DNA of 40,306 nucleotides, taken from the NCBI GenBank assembly GCA_038250445.1, contig JBBSCI010000003.1, positions 1 through 40,306 of the forward strand, given 5' to 3'. The position numbers and the translations under genes are program-made. Source of the DNA: Candidatus Limnocylindrales bacterium (GTDB taxonomy: Bacteria > Chloroflexota > Limnocylindria > Limnocylindrales > CSP1-4). Positions 27,101 through 37,136 of the stretch are shown piece after piece. Under the pieces are notes generated by a model. The model was not told the DNA's origin, ran no database searches, and saw only the letters and a program-made list of their open reading frames with translations. Numbering within the stretch: the stretch's first letter is position 1; each line of letters begins with the position of its first letter.

Positions 27101-29943
27101 GCAACGGCGGCGGCACGGCCATCGCCCATCCCAAGGTCTACCGCTGGACGGCTGCCCATCCGGCCGCCGCCACGTCAGTCCTTGTCTACGCGGATGACCC
27201 CGTCCACCCAGCCCCGAACACGTACGTCGACCAGGCCCTCCAGCGGCTCGGCCTGTCGTACACCGCCCACTACGACGGCGATTTCGACGGCTTCAAGTCC
27301 GACCTCGAGTCGGGCACGTGGGACCTCGTGATCTTCGCCGATGACAATTTCGCTCCCGACTTCTCGCTCTTCGACAGCCTCAACGCCTATGTCGATGGCG
27401 GCGGCCGGCTCGTTCTCGACACGTGGGTCGTCGAGTTCAACCCGACGCATCCGCTCTGGGAGCGACTCGGCTTCCAGTTCGGTGAGAGCGTCACCGCCAA
27501 TCCGTCGCCGGTCCATTGGTGGGAGCCGGGCCATCCGGCCTTCACCTTCCCGGAGGTCGCGCCAGAGCCCACCGAGCTCGACAACGTCGGCTTCGGGGTC
27601 TACGGCCAGCGCGTGACGGGGCTAGCCGATACCGAGCAGCTCGCCGGGTACACGACGCCCGGTCCGGATGACGGCCAGGCGGCACTCGTCATCGCCAACG
27701 GCGAGCAGACCGCGTTCAAGGGTTACCTGGACGCGCAGAACAGCGCCGATCTAGACAGCGACGGCGTCCCCGACGGCGTCGAGCTGTGGGAGAACCTCGC
27801 ATTCGGGATCAGCTCCGGCTTCTTCACGGACGTCCCGTGGCTGAGCGAATCCCCAACCTCCGGCTCGGTCCCGGTCGGTAGCAGCAGGCCGGTGACATTG
27901 ACGATCGGCGACCCGGGCCTCGCCCCCGGTGAGTACCGCGGTTCCGTCGTGTTCATCACCAATGCCCCGAAGCCCCACCAGGTGACGGTCGACGTGGTCC
28001 TGACCGTCGCCCTACCCGATTCGTGGGGCGCGATCTCGGGTCGGGTTGTCGACGCCCACAGTCCGGACCCGCTTCCCGGTGATCCCTTCGGAATCCCGGT
28101 GCCCGGCGTGGCCGTGACGCTCCATAGCCAGTGGAACGGCGCGCCGTTCGACGTCAATGCGACGACGGCTGGCGACGGGACCTACACCCTCATCGGGCCC
28201 GCTGGTACCTGGCCCGTCGAGTTCGCCAAGGACGGATGGGTCGGCATCACCAGGAACGAGACGGTCATAGCCGGTGCCACGACGCCCGTCCCCGACGCGC
28301 TCCTCCACAAGCTGCAGCCGCACGGCCAGGTCACGTGGCCCCTCCTCGCGTTCGTTCTGACGCCGGGCCGTGATGCCCACGGCGAGATCAGCATCGTCAA
28401 CGAGCATGGCGCCGGAAACCCGGGTCACATCCCGCTGACCTTCGATATCGGCGAGGTCGATCTCGGCAACACCACGCTCGCAGGCGTCACGGGCAACCGG
28501 TCGCTCGTTCGCGTCAAGGATCCCAATGCCAAGACGACGCGCGGAACCAACCGTCCGGCGGTCAGCGTGCCTCGCGGCATCATGACTGCCGGCGACGTTC
28601 TCGACAGCTGGCCGACCACCGGGGTCGGACTGCCGTGGGGCGTCGGGTTCAACGGAAATGTCTGGCTGTCCGATCCACCGAAACCCCACGACACGGAGTT
28701 CTCACCGGCCGGCACTCCGACGGGCGTTTCGTTCGAGACGTCGTTCGGTGATTGGGCCGCGGACATGGCCTTCGATCGCGGCCGGAACCTCATGTGGCAG
28801 GTGAGCGTCGGCGGCGACAACGGGATCTACGGGCTCGATCCGGCCGACGGCTCGGTCGAGCAGGTGATCACCGGGTCGCCGTGGGACAGCACCAGCCAGC
28901 GCGGCCTCGCCTACGATCCGATCGCCGACGTGTTCTACATCGGCGGCTGGAACGAAGGAATCGTCTATCGGCTGGCCGGCCCGTCGCACCCGACCCCGGG
29001 TGAGACGCTCAGCCAGTGCCAGCCCGCCGATCCGAACATCTCCGGCCTCGCCTGGAACGGCTCGTTCGGGATGCTCTGGGAAGCCACCAACAGTCAGACG
29101 GACACGATCTACCTGATCGATCCGGCGACCTGCGCGGCCTCCATGGCCCTGCCCCATCCCGGGGGTGGGTTCGGCAACGGTGCGGGCGTCGAGCTCGACG
29201 CTGTCGGCAACCTGTGGCTGAGCAGCCAGAACACCGGCCAGGCGTACCTGGTCGAGTCAGGCCTGCCGCTGTTCAGCGACGTTTCGTGGCTATCGGTGAA
29301 CCCGGCGACGGGTTCCATCGCACCCGGCGATGACGTCACGGTGGATGTCCACGTCGACTCGAGCGGGCTCGCACCCGGTGCCTACCGGGCGATCCTCGTC
29401 GTCCAGACGAATGACCCCGATCTCGGCAGCGTCCAGGTGCCGGTCGAGCTCCTTGTCCCCGCCTACCAGCAGGGCGTCAACGCCGGTGGCTCCACCTACA
29501 CCGACCCGGCGACCGACATCGTGTTCTCGAGCGATCAGGCGTTCGCGACTGGCAGCTTCGGGTACACGGGCGGTACGACCCAATCGACGTCAAGCGACAT
29601 CGTGGGCACCACGCGAGATCCTCTCTACCAGAATGACCGAACCGGCGTGGCGGACTACAGGTTCACCGTTCCCAACGGGACCTATCGGGTCGACATGTCC
29701 TTTGCAGATCTCGACTTCGCCAGTGCCGGCGAGCGCGTCTTCAGCGTGGCGTTCGAGGACGCGCCGTTGATCTGGCAGCTCGACGTCGCCGCCGCCTCCG
29801 GCGGACGGTTCCACGCACTCGATCGAAGTGTCGTCGTCGAGGTCACCGACGGAGTCCTCGACATCTCGTTCGTCGCCCAACGCGGCGACGACCCGATCGT
29901 CAACGGGATACTCGTCACCGAGATCCCGCTCGGCAGCCCGTAA
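24112..29943 (+). CDS. Large secreted S8 subtilisin-like serine protease with carboxypeptidase-regulatory, Ig/BACON-like, beta-propeller and malectin domains
   Basis: ATG 24112 with GGAGGGAGGG RBS and signal peptide; catalytic VDTGVD, GHGTHTMG, GTSMAAPH; repeated 'G.V.D..TG..I.GA.V' domains; C-terminal 'YRFTVPNGTYRV.M.FA...GERVFSV..E...LDV' malectin. Confidence 0.93.
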   Translation: MGRRLLAAIAALFLVVGQAGTALGAAAANGGQPSVGTSAAVDKGLLAALDSGAADRFVVEFSAKPNLGGAAKISDHARRGAYVLDTLTTNARKSQAAAIALAKKSQAKAKSYWLTNVLVVKGDSKLAQQFAKLPGVKAVRATKLYPLVKPVEEKAAILAASGDPEWGVDKIRAPEAWNEGVLGQGVVVSSVDTGVDFTHPALVSQYRGNLGGGDFDHNYNWWDPTGACGEPCDNVGHGTHTMGTMVGGDGPGPFTPDVGVAPGARWIAAKGCEDFGCTEESLLSAGQFILAPTDLNGDNPDPSKRPDVVNNSWGGGPGDPFYLAIVQAWRAAGIIPVFSSGNPGPECGQGGSPGDFTQAFSAGATDIDDNIADFSGRGPSIYGKINPDISAPGVDVISSVPGGGYASFSGTSMAAPHTSGTIALILSAKPALIGDPNNYTPITDAVRKTAIDRIDLSCGGADDGDPNNVYGDGRIDAKAAVDLVATGGTLAGIVRDATTGHAIGGAQVTASGGFRDFTVTTNAAGRYEMFLAAGTYDVHAEAFGYAVKLVTGVVITTDHTTTRNFNLVALPRYRINGHVRAAEDGSPLVRAAVVAIGTPVPPAITDAQGAYRLTLPIGTYTIRASAGGCTEPGIADGVKIVRHNIVLDFTLARKIDQFGHGCRALIPNWVDATNQTALFGDDFSGRLHLPFSFKFYGQRYEQVFLSDNGYLNFLGADRGNPFPLAIPSMANPNAAIYVLWRDMYVADDSVIEYATLGSPGNRTFVIEFTNIAVRGATESIDFEVKLYEGGETVDILYGNNPANPGDGRGATIGIENATGTDALEFSFSDSLITPNAAYRYQMVQSGVVRGTVTDRNDGEPIAGATVAASPGLGSTKTADDGTYSLRLYPGTYQLTVAATNYVTRISALTLVNHAVVTRNIRLSAPVPTINDDPIEVNLDFGAAPVTRTLNIGNTGTARLLWEAKERSRGSSPPIISVNVQGSGAWRQDVKPAISLPRNGGGTAIAHPKVYRWTAAHPAAATSVLVYADDPVHPAPNTYVDQALQRLGLSYTAHYDGDFDGFKSDLESGTWDLVIFADDNFAPDFSLFDSLNAYVDGGGRLVLDTWVVEFNPTHPLWERLGFQFGESVTANPSPVHWWEPGHPAFTFPEVAPEPTELDNVGFGVYGQRVTGLADTEQLAGYTTPGPDDGQAALVIANGEQTAFKGYLDAQNSADLDSDGVPDGVELWENLAFGISSGFFTDVPWLSESPTSGSVPVGSSRPVTLTIGDPGLAPGEYRGSVVFITNAPKPHQVTVDVVLTVALPDSWGAISGRVVDAHSPDPLPGDPFGIPVPGVAVTLHSQWNGAPFDVNATTAGDGTYTLIGPAGTWPVEFAKDGWVGITRNETVIAGATTPVPDALLHKLQPHGQVTWPLLAFVLTPGRDAHGEISIVNEHGAGNPGHIPLTFDIGEVDLGNTTLAGVTGNRSLVRVKDPNAKTTRGTNRPAVSVPRGIMTAGDVLDSWPTTGVGLPWGVGFNGNVWLSDPPKPHDTEFSPAGTPTGVSFETSFGDWAADMAFDRGRNLMWQVSVGGDNGIYGLDPADGSVEQVITGSPWDSTSQRGLAYDPIADVFYIGGWNEGIVYRLAGPSHPTPGETLSQCQPADPNISGLAWNGSFGMLWEATNSQTDTIYLIDPATCAASMALPHPGGGFGNGAGVELDAVGNLWLSSQNTGQAYLVESGLPLFSDVSWLSVNPATGSIAPGDDVTVDVHVDSSGLAPGAYRAILVVQTNDPDLGSVQVPVELLVPAYQQGVNAGGSTYTDPATDIVFSSDQAFATGSFGYTGGTTQSTSSDIVGTTRDPLYQNDRTGVADYRFTVPNGTYRVDMSFADLDFASAGERVFSVAFEDAPLIWQLDVAAASGGRFHALDRSVVVEVTDGVLDISFVAQRGDDPIVNGILVTEIPLGSP

Positions 29944-29973
29944 GTCCAGTCCATCGCCACGACCGAGTCGAGC

Positions 29974-30001
29974 AGGCTCCGCCCACAAGGGCGGGGCCTT
30001 C
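29974..30001 (+). terminator. GC-rich hairpin, likely terminator after S8 protease
   Basis: AGGCTCCGCCC-ACAA-GGGCGGGGCCT stem-loop ~30 nt after the stop; weak U-tract. Confidence 0.6.
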
Positions 30002-30035
30002 ACTCGTCGCTCGCGCCTCTGGGCCCCTCGGGCCT

Positions 30036-30068
30036 CTCCCAAGATTCCTGTGTGGTAGGAATTGGGAG
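30036..30068. terminator. Second hairpin between convergent genes
   Basis: CTCCCAA-g-ATTCCT...AGGAAT-TGGGAG imperfect stem; may terminate the cupredoxin transcript. Confidence 0.4.
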
Positions 30069-30095
30069 CCGCTGCGCCGGCACCCTTCAATCCCT

Positions 30096-30521
30096 TCAGC
30101 CGCCGCTCACCGTGAGTGTCCCGGTCATGCCGAAGGCCTCGTGGCCGGGCAGGTGGCAGACGAAGGTCAGCGTTCCTGGCGTGGCGAACGTCACGGTCGT
30201 CTGACGCTCCAGGAGCGGGCCGATGGAGACCTCCGTCGGCCGGGCGTTGTGGAATGGTTCCGTCCCGGTCCGGTGGCGCGCGTGGAGCGCCGCGTCGCCG
30301 ACGATCCATTCGTGGTCGAGCGGGTCGGTGTTGTGGATGACGAACGTGACGGGCCGGCCTGCCGGGACACTGATGGCGGCCGGCTCGAAGTGCGAGTAGT
30401 GGATCGTGATGTCGACGACGATCGGCGCTTCAGAGCGTCCGACCGCCCCGGCAATCACCGCCGCCCCGAGCGCCGCCGCCAGCCCGAGACCGAGGGCAGC
30501 GACGGCGCGAACAATGGACAT
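30096..30521 (-). CDS. Secreted cupredoxin (plastocyanin/azurin-like)
   Basis: Signal/anchor; 'F.PAAISVPAG..VTFVIHN.D...HEW' and type-1 copper 'CHLPGHEAFGM'. Confidence 0.9.
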   Translation of the reverse strand: MSIVRAVAALGLGLAAALGAAVIAGAVGRSEAPIVVDITIHYSHFEPAAISVPAGRPVTFVIHNTDPLDHEWIVGDAALHARHRTGTEPFHNARPTEVSIGPLLERQTTVTFATPGTLTFVCHLPGHEAFGMTGTLTVSGG

Positions 30522-30536
30522 GGATTCGGGCTCGGC

Positions 30537-31580
30537 TCAGCGGAGCGCGTCGGACGGGCGGAAGCGGGTCATCAGGAAGATCCCCGCGACACCCATCAAT
30601 GAGAAGAAGACGGCCATCAGCAGGCGGCCGATGTCGAATCCCTTCACGTTGATCGACGAACCCGGCATTTCGAGGCCGGCATCGATCCGGGACGGAGCTC
30701 CGGCGCCGCTGGCGTCGATCGCCAGGTCGTAGGAGAGGCCCTTCGCCGACGAGTCGATGGCGACCTTCGTCAGCCACGCCGTCGCCGGAACCCACTCCAT
30801 GCCGCGGTCGGAGCGGAGGTCGTCGAGCAGGCTCAGGCTCGCCAGTGCGTTGTAGTCGAGCCGCATCCCGTTTTCGCCTGTCGGCTTGGGGAGCAGCACT
30901 GGAGAGGCATCGGTCATGAGATAGACATCGGCGTCTACGCGCTCATTGCCGGTCTTGCCGAGGGCGAGGATCCGCAGAGGGACCCATGGGTTGTCGGTCG
31001 GGATCGTGATGTGGACGGAGGTGCCGTCGCCGATCTGCTGGCCGCGCTCGGCGGCCGCGTCGGCGTCGAATGCCGCGGCAAGGAAGATCTGGCTGCGCTG
31101 TGCGTAGAAATCGAGGACCTCTGGCGCGTCGGGCGGAAGGCGGAAGCCGTGGTCGGTCGCCCAGGTCCCGATCGCCGCCGCGCCCCCGCGCAGTACGGTG
31201 ATGTCGAGGGCATCGATCTTGACCTTCATGATCTCCTCGGCGGCCATGGACGCCGACGGTGCCGCGGATGCGTCCAAAGCGAAGAGCCGTTGCGGCTCGG
31301 TCTCGCGAATCAGCCGCTGGAGGGTCCAGTCGCCGCCCTTCTCGACGCTCGACGGAACCGCCGGCAGCGGCGTGATCGAACCGAAGGCGCCACCGCCGCC
31401 AGCGAACTCGAACGAGGTGATGTAGTGCTCGTTGCCGCCGTGGTAGCCGGCGAACGTCGTCGTCCGGAGGAGGTTGACCGCGCCGTTCGGCCCGATGAGC
31501 CCGCCGCAGGCGAGCGTCGGACCAGCGGTAAGGAGGAGTCCCAGCAGCGTTGCCGGGAGAATGATGCTGAGTCGCCGCAT
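30537..31580 (-). CDS. DUF2330-like secreted protein with C-terminal TM anchor
   Basis: Start ATG 31580; signal peptide then 'ACGGL'; 'FG.I.PLP.VP..VE.G', 'W...HGF.LP......L.FY....FLAA', 'VPLRIL'; C-terminal TM. Confidence 0.75.
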   Translation of the reverse strand: MRRLSIILPATLLGLLLTAGPTLACGGLIGPNGAVNLLRTTTFAGYHGGNEHYITSFEFAGGGGAFGSITPLPAVPSSVEKGGDWTLQRLIRETEPQRLFALDASAAPSASMAAEEIMKVKIDALDITVLRGGAAAIGTWATDHGFRLPPDAPEVLDFYAQRSQIFLAAAFDADAAAERGQQIGDGTSVHITIPTDNPWVPLRILALGKTGNERVDADVYLMTDASPVLLPKPTGENGMRLDYNALASLSLLDDLRSDRGMEWVPATAWLTKVAIDSSAKGLSYDLAIDASGAGAPSRIDAGLEMPGSSINVKGFDIGRLLMAVFFSLMGVAGIFLMTRFRPSDALR

Positions 31581-31764
31581 CGGAGTGTCTCCTGGGCTGT
31601 CGGACCAGGTAGGTCCGCGTTGGCGCCCTGACGCCACCCGCCCAGGAGGGGTTCCCCGCAAGCACGGAACGACAAGCCCGCCACCCTATGTCGTGTACCG
31701 GCACCCGCCCTCCGACGTCCAAGGCGGAGCTCCGCGAGGCCATGGGTCCGAGGACTCCGCGAGG

Positions 31765-33414
31765 CTATTGGCCCGAGGACTCGATTCGGACGTCGTCGAT
31801 GCCGGCCTCGACCAGGCTGTCGGGGCCGCCGTCGGTCGCGGTGAAGACGATGCGGATCGTCTGGCCGGCAAACTGCGTGATCGGCACGCCGACCTTCGTC
31901 CATTTGCCGGGCACCAGGAGCGGCGAGGCGATCTTGCGGAACACGAGCGTCCGGACGCCGCCGACCTCGATCCAGGCCTTGAACGAATCGGCGTTCGAGC
32001 TGTTCGATCCATGAGCGAAGTAGTAGCGGAACGCCAGCGACCCGACTTCGGATGGCAGCTTGATCGGGGCGGACCGGATCGTCGTCGTCCCACCGTCGAG
32101 GTCGAACTGGTTCGGGCTCGAGCCGGCCGGCCCACCGGTGACCAACGCCAGTGCGCCGGACGATGCCGTCCCGAGCTGGATCGGGTAGCGGCCCGACGAG
32201 GTCGGGGCGGGATCCTGGCGAGCCCAGGCCCCGCTCGTCGCCGAATCCGTTCCGGCGGGGTTGGCCGTCCAGCCGCGCGAGATCTCGAAGTCGTCGTTGA
32301 ACGCGCCGCAGTGCGTGGCCTGCTTGGCGATCGCCCGGTATGGGCAGCCGCCGATGTCGATCAGGTAGAGGAGGGCAGCGCGGTTGCTGGCCGTCTGGGG
32401 GGCGATGTTCTCGTCGGCCGGGTAGTGATCGGTCCACACGGACGCCGTCTCCGGCGGGAAGAGCTCCCAGGTGAACGAGAAGATCCGATGGACGCCGTAC
32501 ATCCAGTCGATCTGGTCGCCGTCGGTGATGTAGAGGTCACTCGATTGCTCGGCCTTGTAGCCGTTGAGCCTGGCCATTCCCTTGCCCATCGCGACGAACG
32601 CGCTGTGGTCATCGACCGACATGTCGGCCGGGATATCGGTCTTCGTGTAGCCGTAGGGCCACAGAATCAGCTTGCCGTTGGTGTGGAAGGTGACGTGGGC
32701 CCGGATCTGCTGAACCCCGTTCTTCACCCGGCTGTTGACGAAGTCGCGGAGGACCTGCGTCTCGGGAGCGGAAAACGCGGACGGCCCGCGGTACGTGATC
32801 GACCCCGGGTTGCCCGATGAGCCGCCGCAGCAGCCAAAGCGGTAGCTGTAATTGCGGTTGAGGTCGGTGCCATAGCTGCCGCTGTTCGGCTGACGGTTCT
32901 TGCGCCAGGCGCAGTAGGGGGCATGCGAGCCGCCACAGGTCAAGTCGAACTCGCCGCCGTCGGGGTTGAGCATGAAGACGATGTAGATCTCGCGGCTGTT
33001 CACGAGGTTCGTGATCGTCGTGTCGGTGCCGTAGTTGTCGGCGAGCATGTGCAGGGTGTAGAGCGCCTGCTCGACGGTCATGTGCTCTCGAGCGTGATGG
33101 AGCGCGTCGAACAGGATCTCGGGCTCGTCTTCGTCGGTGGCGACGTTGTCGCTGATCTTTGCGGCCCAGATGTTCTTCTTCTGGTAGCTCTTGCCGATCG
33201 AGAAGACCTGGACGATCGCCGGTTTGGCGGCCGCGACGCCGTGGATGTCGGCGACCATCTCGTTGAAGTTGTGATAGCGGCTGTCCTTGGCGGGGAAGTC
33301 GCCCGCAGCGGCGGTGCCCGCCGTGGACGCGAGGATCACCGATGCCAGCGCGGCCGCGATCGCGACGATTCGGGACTTGGGATGGGATGAGGAGCGGCGG
33401 TGTCGTCCAGCCAT
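31765..33414 (-). CDS. Secreted M14 zinc carboxypeptidase (carboxypeptidase T-like) with C-terminal jelly-roll domain
   Basis: [43 protein letters not shown]; start taken at ATG 33414 before a signal-like segment. Confidence 0.92.
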   Translation of the reverse strand: MAGRHRRSSSHPKSRIVAIAAALASVILASTAGTAAAGDFPAKDSRYHNFNEMVADIHGVAAAKPAIVQVFSIGKSYQKKNIWAAKISDNVATDEDEPEILFDALHHAREHMTVEQALYTLHMLADNYGTDTTITNLVNSREIYIVFMLNPDGGEFDLTCGGSHAPYCAWRKNRQPNSGSYGTDLNRNYSYRFGCCGGSSGNPGSITYRGPSAFSAPETQVLRDFVNSRVKNGVQQIRAHVTFHTNGKLILWPYGYTKTDIPADMSVDDHSAFVAMGKGMARLNGYKAEQSSDLYITDGDQIDWMYGVHRIFSFTWELFPPETASVWTDHYPADENIAPQTASNRAALLYLIDIGGCPYRAIAKQATHCGAFNDDFEISRGWTANPAGTDSATSGAWARQDPAPTSSGRYPIQLGTASSGALALVTGGPAGSSPNQFDLDGGTTTIRSAPIKLPSEVGSLAFRYYFAHGSNSSNADSFKAWIEVGGVRTLVFRKIASPLLVPGKWTKVGVPITQFAGQTIRIVFTATDGGPDSLVEAGIDDVRIESSGQ

Positions 33415-33477
33415 GGCGGCTAGCCTGACGGGTTGCATGGCCAACGCGCAACCCTGACGCTCGGCGATGATGGGCCG

Positions 33478-34716
33478 ATGCTCTTTCGGGTCGCCCTCGC
33501 CCTGTTTGCCCTCCAGGCCGGCTTCCACGGCTTTACTGCATCGCTGCCGGTCGCCCTCGCGCGGGCCGGTGTGCGCGACGAGGAGATCGGGCTGATCGTC
33601 GGCGTCGCCGCCCTCGTCCAGGTCCCCGCGGCCTTCGTCGGCGGCGCGCTGCTCGATCGGTTCGGGGGACTGCGCATCCTCGCAGCCGGGGCGGTCGCCT
33701 ACCTCATCGGGGCGGGGGTCCTGGCGGTGCCCGGTGTGGATCCTGCAACGGATCGGCTGCCATTCGTCGTCGCCCGGATCAGCCAGGGGATCGGCCTTGC
33801 GATGACGCTTCCCGCCGCGCTCTCGCTCGTCCCCAGGCTCGTCCCGCCGGACCGACTAGGCTTCGGACTCGCGTTCGTGGGCAGCGCCCAAAACCTGACG
33901 CCGATCGTGATGGCGCCGGTTTCGCTGCTCATCCTCGGCCAAGGCGCGGGGCTCCAGAGAGTTGCGCTCGTCGTGTCCGGGATCGTCGTCGCCGGCCTGG
34001 TCGTCCTGTTCGCCGGGCCGATCGCGAACCGCCCCGATCCGGACGATTCTTCGGCCCCGGATGGTTCCTCGACGGTGGGCGATGCCGGCACTCGCGCCGC
34101 AAACCCCGATGTCGCGACCGGGCTGGCCGTCGCGAAGCGGCGGTTGGGTTTCGCGTATCGTCGCGAATGGACGCCGTTGCTCGTCATCACGCTCCTGTAC
34201 GTCGCCCACTGGGGTGTGGTGACGGCCTATCTCCCGCAGCGGGCCGAGCTCGCGGGCGCCGACGTCGGATTGTTCTTCGTCGCCGATGGCATCGCCCTGC
34301 TCGCACTGCGCATCCCGTCGGGCTGGCTGGTCGATCGGATTCAGTCGCGCTGGCTGATCCTGACGGGACTGGTCATGACCGCGATCGCGATTGGGCTCCT
34401 CGTCCTCCCGCCGACGACGCCGATCCTGATCGTCGCCGGGACGCTGACCGGCGGGGGAGCCGGCCTGATCGCGACGCCGATCCTCGTCGAGCTCTCCCGG
34501 CGGGCCGCCGACGCGGATCGCGGCAGCGCATTTGCGATGTTCTCGGCGTCGCTCGCCGGGGCACAGGTGCTCGGCAGCATCGGCCTCGCCCCGATCATCG
34601 CCTTCGCCGGGTTCGAGGCGACGATCATCGCCACGATCGTCGGACTCGCGCTCGCCTCGCTCGTCGCGATCGCCGACACGGCCCTCGCATCGCCGAGCCG
34701 GGCCCGGATCGCCTAG
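33478..34716 (+). CDS. MFS transporter
   Basis: About 12 hydrophobic segments; motif A '[12 protein letters not shown]' and '[11 protein letters not shown]'; start ATG 33478. Confidence 0.9.
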   Translation: MLFRVALALFALQAGFHGFTASLPVALARAGVRDEEIGLIVGVAALVQVPAAFVGGALLDRFGGLRILAAGAVAYLIGAGVLAVPGVDPATDRLPFVVARISQGIGLAMTLPAALSLVPRLVPPDRLGFGLAFVGSAQNLTPIVMAPVSLLILGQGAGLQRVALVVSGIVVAGLVVLFAGPIANRPDPDDSSAPDGSSTVGDAGTRAANPDVATGLAVAKRRLGFAYRREWTPLLVITLLYVAHWGVVTAYLPQRAELAGADVGLFFVADGIALLALRIPSGWLVDRIQSRWLILTGLVMTAIAIGLLVLPPTTPILIVAGTLTGGGAGLIATPILVELSRRAADADRGSAFAMFSASLAGAQVLGSIGLAPIIAFAGFEATIIATIVGLALASLVAIADTALASPSRARIA

Positions 34717-35900
34717 GCCGATCGCTCAGCGGCAATCGGGATCCGGAACCTGAATGTCGATCCACTGCCGCGCGTGCTCTCGACGTCGATCGTTCCGCCG
34801 TGCGCCTCGACCAGGCCCCGGGCGATCGCCAGGCCGAGCCCGGAGCCGCGCGACCCGACCCCTTTCGCGAAGCGGTCGAAGACGTGCGGGAGGAGCTCCG
34901 GGTCGATCCCCGAGCCCGTGTCCCGGACGATGACGACGACCGCTCGGCCGCCATCGCCGACCCGCGCGTCAACCGCCACCGATCCACCGGCCGGCGTGTT
35001 GCGCAGAGCGTTTGCGACAAGGTTCGAGACGACCTCGCGGATACGGACGGGATCGACATCGAGCAAGGGGACGTCGTCGCCGATCTCGATCGCGAGGTCG
35101 ACGCCCGCGACCTCGGCTGCCGGTCGGAAGCCGGCTACTGCGTCGGTCGCCACGACGGAGAGGTCACTCGGTTCGCGGTGCAGGGGCAGGCTGCCGCTCT
35201 CCGAGAGGGCGACGGTCCGGAGGTCGTCGACGAGCCGGCCGAGGACGCGCGTCTCCTCGAGGATCGCGCCGAGATGGGCCTCATCGGCCTCGTGGACCCC
35301 GTCCAGCATCGCTTCGATGTTGCCCTGGACGACCGCCAGCGGTGTGCGCAGCTCGTGGCTCACGTCGGCGAGTAGCGTCCGTCGTTGGGCCTCGTCGGCC
35401 TCGAGGCGGGTGACCATCTCGTTGAAGCCCCTGGCGAGGTCGCGCATCGAGCGAGGGCCGTCGGGGGGCCCGGCGACGCGAATCGTGTAATCGCCCGATT
35501 CGACCCGGCCGGCGGCGTCGACGAGATCGTCGAGCGAGACGGCCACGCGGCGGAACGTCCGACCCGTCCCGACGATCGTGACGATCGCGGCAATGATGAT
35601 TCCCAGCCCGATGAGCCGGGCGACGTCGCCGATCGGCCCAGCCGCTGCGACGACGCTCGCGACCAGCCCGACGATGCCGGCGATCCCGAACAGGAACACG
35701 ATCGCGAACAGGCAGCCGAATCCCCGGCGCATCGGACCCCGGCGCATCGGACCCCGGCCCCGCATCCACGGCCCGCGGCCGCCGCGCGGTGGCCATGCTT
35801 CCCCGGCCGGCCACCAGCTGGGCCGTTCTCGATGGCCGGCCCAGGGCGGCCGACCGCGGCTGTGCGGCGGCCAGCCGCGGCCAGCCGGCGCCCCGCTCAC
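34713..35900 (-). CDS. Sensor histidine kinase (HAMP-HisKA-HATPase, BaeS-like)
   Basis: Two TM helices, HAMP, 'DVSHELRTPL', 'NLVANALR', 'DTGSGI', 'GSGLGLAI'. Confidence 0.93.
   Translation of the reverse strand: MSGAPAGRGWPPHSRGRPPWAGHRERPSWWPAGEAWPPRGGRGPWMRGRGPMRRGPMRRGFGCLFAIVFLFGIAGIVGLVASVVAAAGPIGDVARLIGLGIIIAAIVTIVGTGRTFRRVAVSLDDLVDAAGRVESGDYTIRVAGPPDGPRSMRDLARGFNEMVTRLEADEAQRRTLLADVSHELRTPLAVVQGNIEAMLDGVHEADEAHLGAILEETRVLGRLVDDLRTVALSESGSLPLHREPSDLSVVATDAVAGFRPAAEVAGVDLAIEIGDDVPLLDVDPVRIREVVSNLVANALRNTPAGGSVAVDARVGDGGRAVVVIVRDTGSGIDPELLPHVFDRFAKGVGSRGSGLGLAIARGLVEAHGGTIDVESTRGSGSTFRFRIPIAAERSA
35722..35758. repeat. 15-bp coding tandem repeat x2.5 (GPMRR units)
   Basis: CCCCGGCGCATCGGA repeated at 35722 and 35737, partial at 35752. 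Confidence 0.8.
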
Positions 35901-36577
35901 GGGCGGTCGTCCGCGAACCGGTAGCCGACCCCGTAGACCGTCAGGACGTGGCGCGGCTCGCGCGGATCGGGCTCCAGCTTGCGGCGGATGTTCTTGATGT
36001 GGGTGTCGATCGCCCGCTCGTACGACTCGAATGCGACGCCATGGACGGCGTTCAGGAGCTGCGAGCGGGTGAAGATGCGGCCGGGCTGGGCGGCCATCGT
36101 CGCGAGAAGCTGGAACTCAGTCGAGGTCAGCTCAACGGGCCGCCCGGCGATCTCCGTCCGCATCCGCGGGACGTCCAGGGTGAGGTCGCCGGACCGGATG
36201 ATCTCGCGACCGACGGCCTCGACCCGGCGAAGGACTGCCTTGACCCGGGCGACGAGCTCGCGCGGACTGAACGGCTTGGTCAGGTAGTCGTCCGCGCCGA
36301 GTTCGAGCCCGACGAGCTTGTCGATCTCGTCGTCACGGGCGGTCAGCATCACGATCGGCAGCGACGAATCGCGGCGGATCTGGCGGGTAACGTCGAGGCC
36401 GTCGAGGATCGGCAGGCCGAGGTCGAGGACGACAAGATCGGGTCTCGACCGGCCAACCGCCTCGATCGCGGCGCGACCATCGCCCGCAGTGACGACGGCA
36501 AAGCCCGCGTGCTCGAGGTAGTCGCGGGCGAGAGCGGCGATCTTCGGTTCGTCGTCGACGACGAGAATGGTCTTCAT
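35897..36577 (-). CDS. OmpR-family response regulator
   Basis: Start MKTILVVDDEP (ATG 36577); DLVVLDLGLP, GADDYLTKPF, winged helix 'RAIDTHIKNIRRKL...TVYGVGYRF'. Confidence 0.95.
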   Translation of the reverse strand: MKTILVVDDEPKIAALARDYLEHAGFAVVTAGDGRAAIEAVGRSRPDLVVLDLGLPILDGLDVTRQIRRDSSLPIVMLTARDDEIDKLVGLELGADDYLTKPFSPRELVARVKAVLRRVEAVGREIIRSGDLTLDVPRMRTEIAGRPVELTSTEFQLLATMAAQPGRIFTRSQLLNAVHGVAFESYERAIDTHIKNIRRKLEPDPREPRHVLTVYGVGYRFADDRP

Positions 36578-36642
36578 CGGACGATCATCGTAGGCGGTTG
36601 GCAGGAGGCGCCGGCCCCCGATGGAGGCCGGCGCCGAGGAGG

Positions 36643-37071
36643 TCAGCCGCGCGGCTGGTCGTTGGGATCCTGGTCCGTCTTGCCGACCTGGCGGTGCAGC
36701 TCGTCGTGGATCTCGCGGGCCCGGTCGCTCCACGGGCCGTGACCGTATGGGCCGCCCCTGCCGCCCCAGCCCGGTCCGCCCCAGCTCCTGCCCCAGCCGC
36801 CGCGGCCGCCGCCGATGACGGCTCGGAGCAGGGCGATGACGAGGAAGATGAAGAACACGGTCCCGAGGAAGCCGAAGAACCCGAAGCCGCCGCGGTCGGA
36901 CCCGTAGCCGCCGACGAATGGCCCTTCCGGATAGCCCGGGGCAACGACCACATGGCCGCTATTGACGAGGCCCTGGGTGACACCCGCGTTGTAGGCGGCG
37001 ACGCCGATCGCGATCGCGCCGCCCACCAGCAGCAGCGTCAGCACAATGCCGGCAATTGTTCGTCCGTTCAT
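36643..37071 (-). CDS. Small two-TM membrane protein, first gene of the two-component operon
   Basis: Two hydrophobic segments, Gly/Trp-rich tail, 'IHDELH'; GGAGA RBS upstream. Confidence 0.75.
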   Translation of the reverse strand: MNGRTIAGIVLTLLLVGGAIAIGVAAYNAGVTQGLVNSGHVVVAPGYPEGPFVGGYGSDRGGFGFFGFLGTVFFIFLVIALLRAVIGGGRGGWGRSWGGPGWGGRGGPYGHGPWSDRAREIHDELHRQVGKTDQDPNDQPRG

Positions 37072-37136
37072 GGTGATATCTCATTCTCCAATGGTGGCGA
37101 CCGTTCGACCGCCTGGTGAACCTCATCCTCCGGCCC

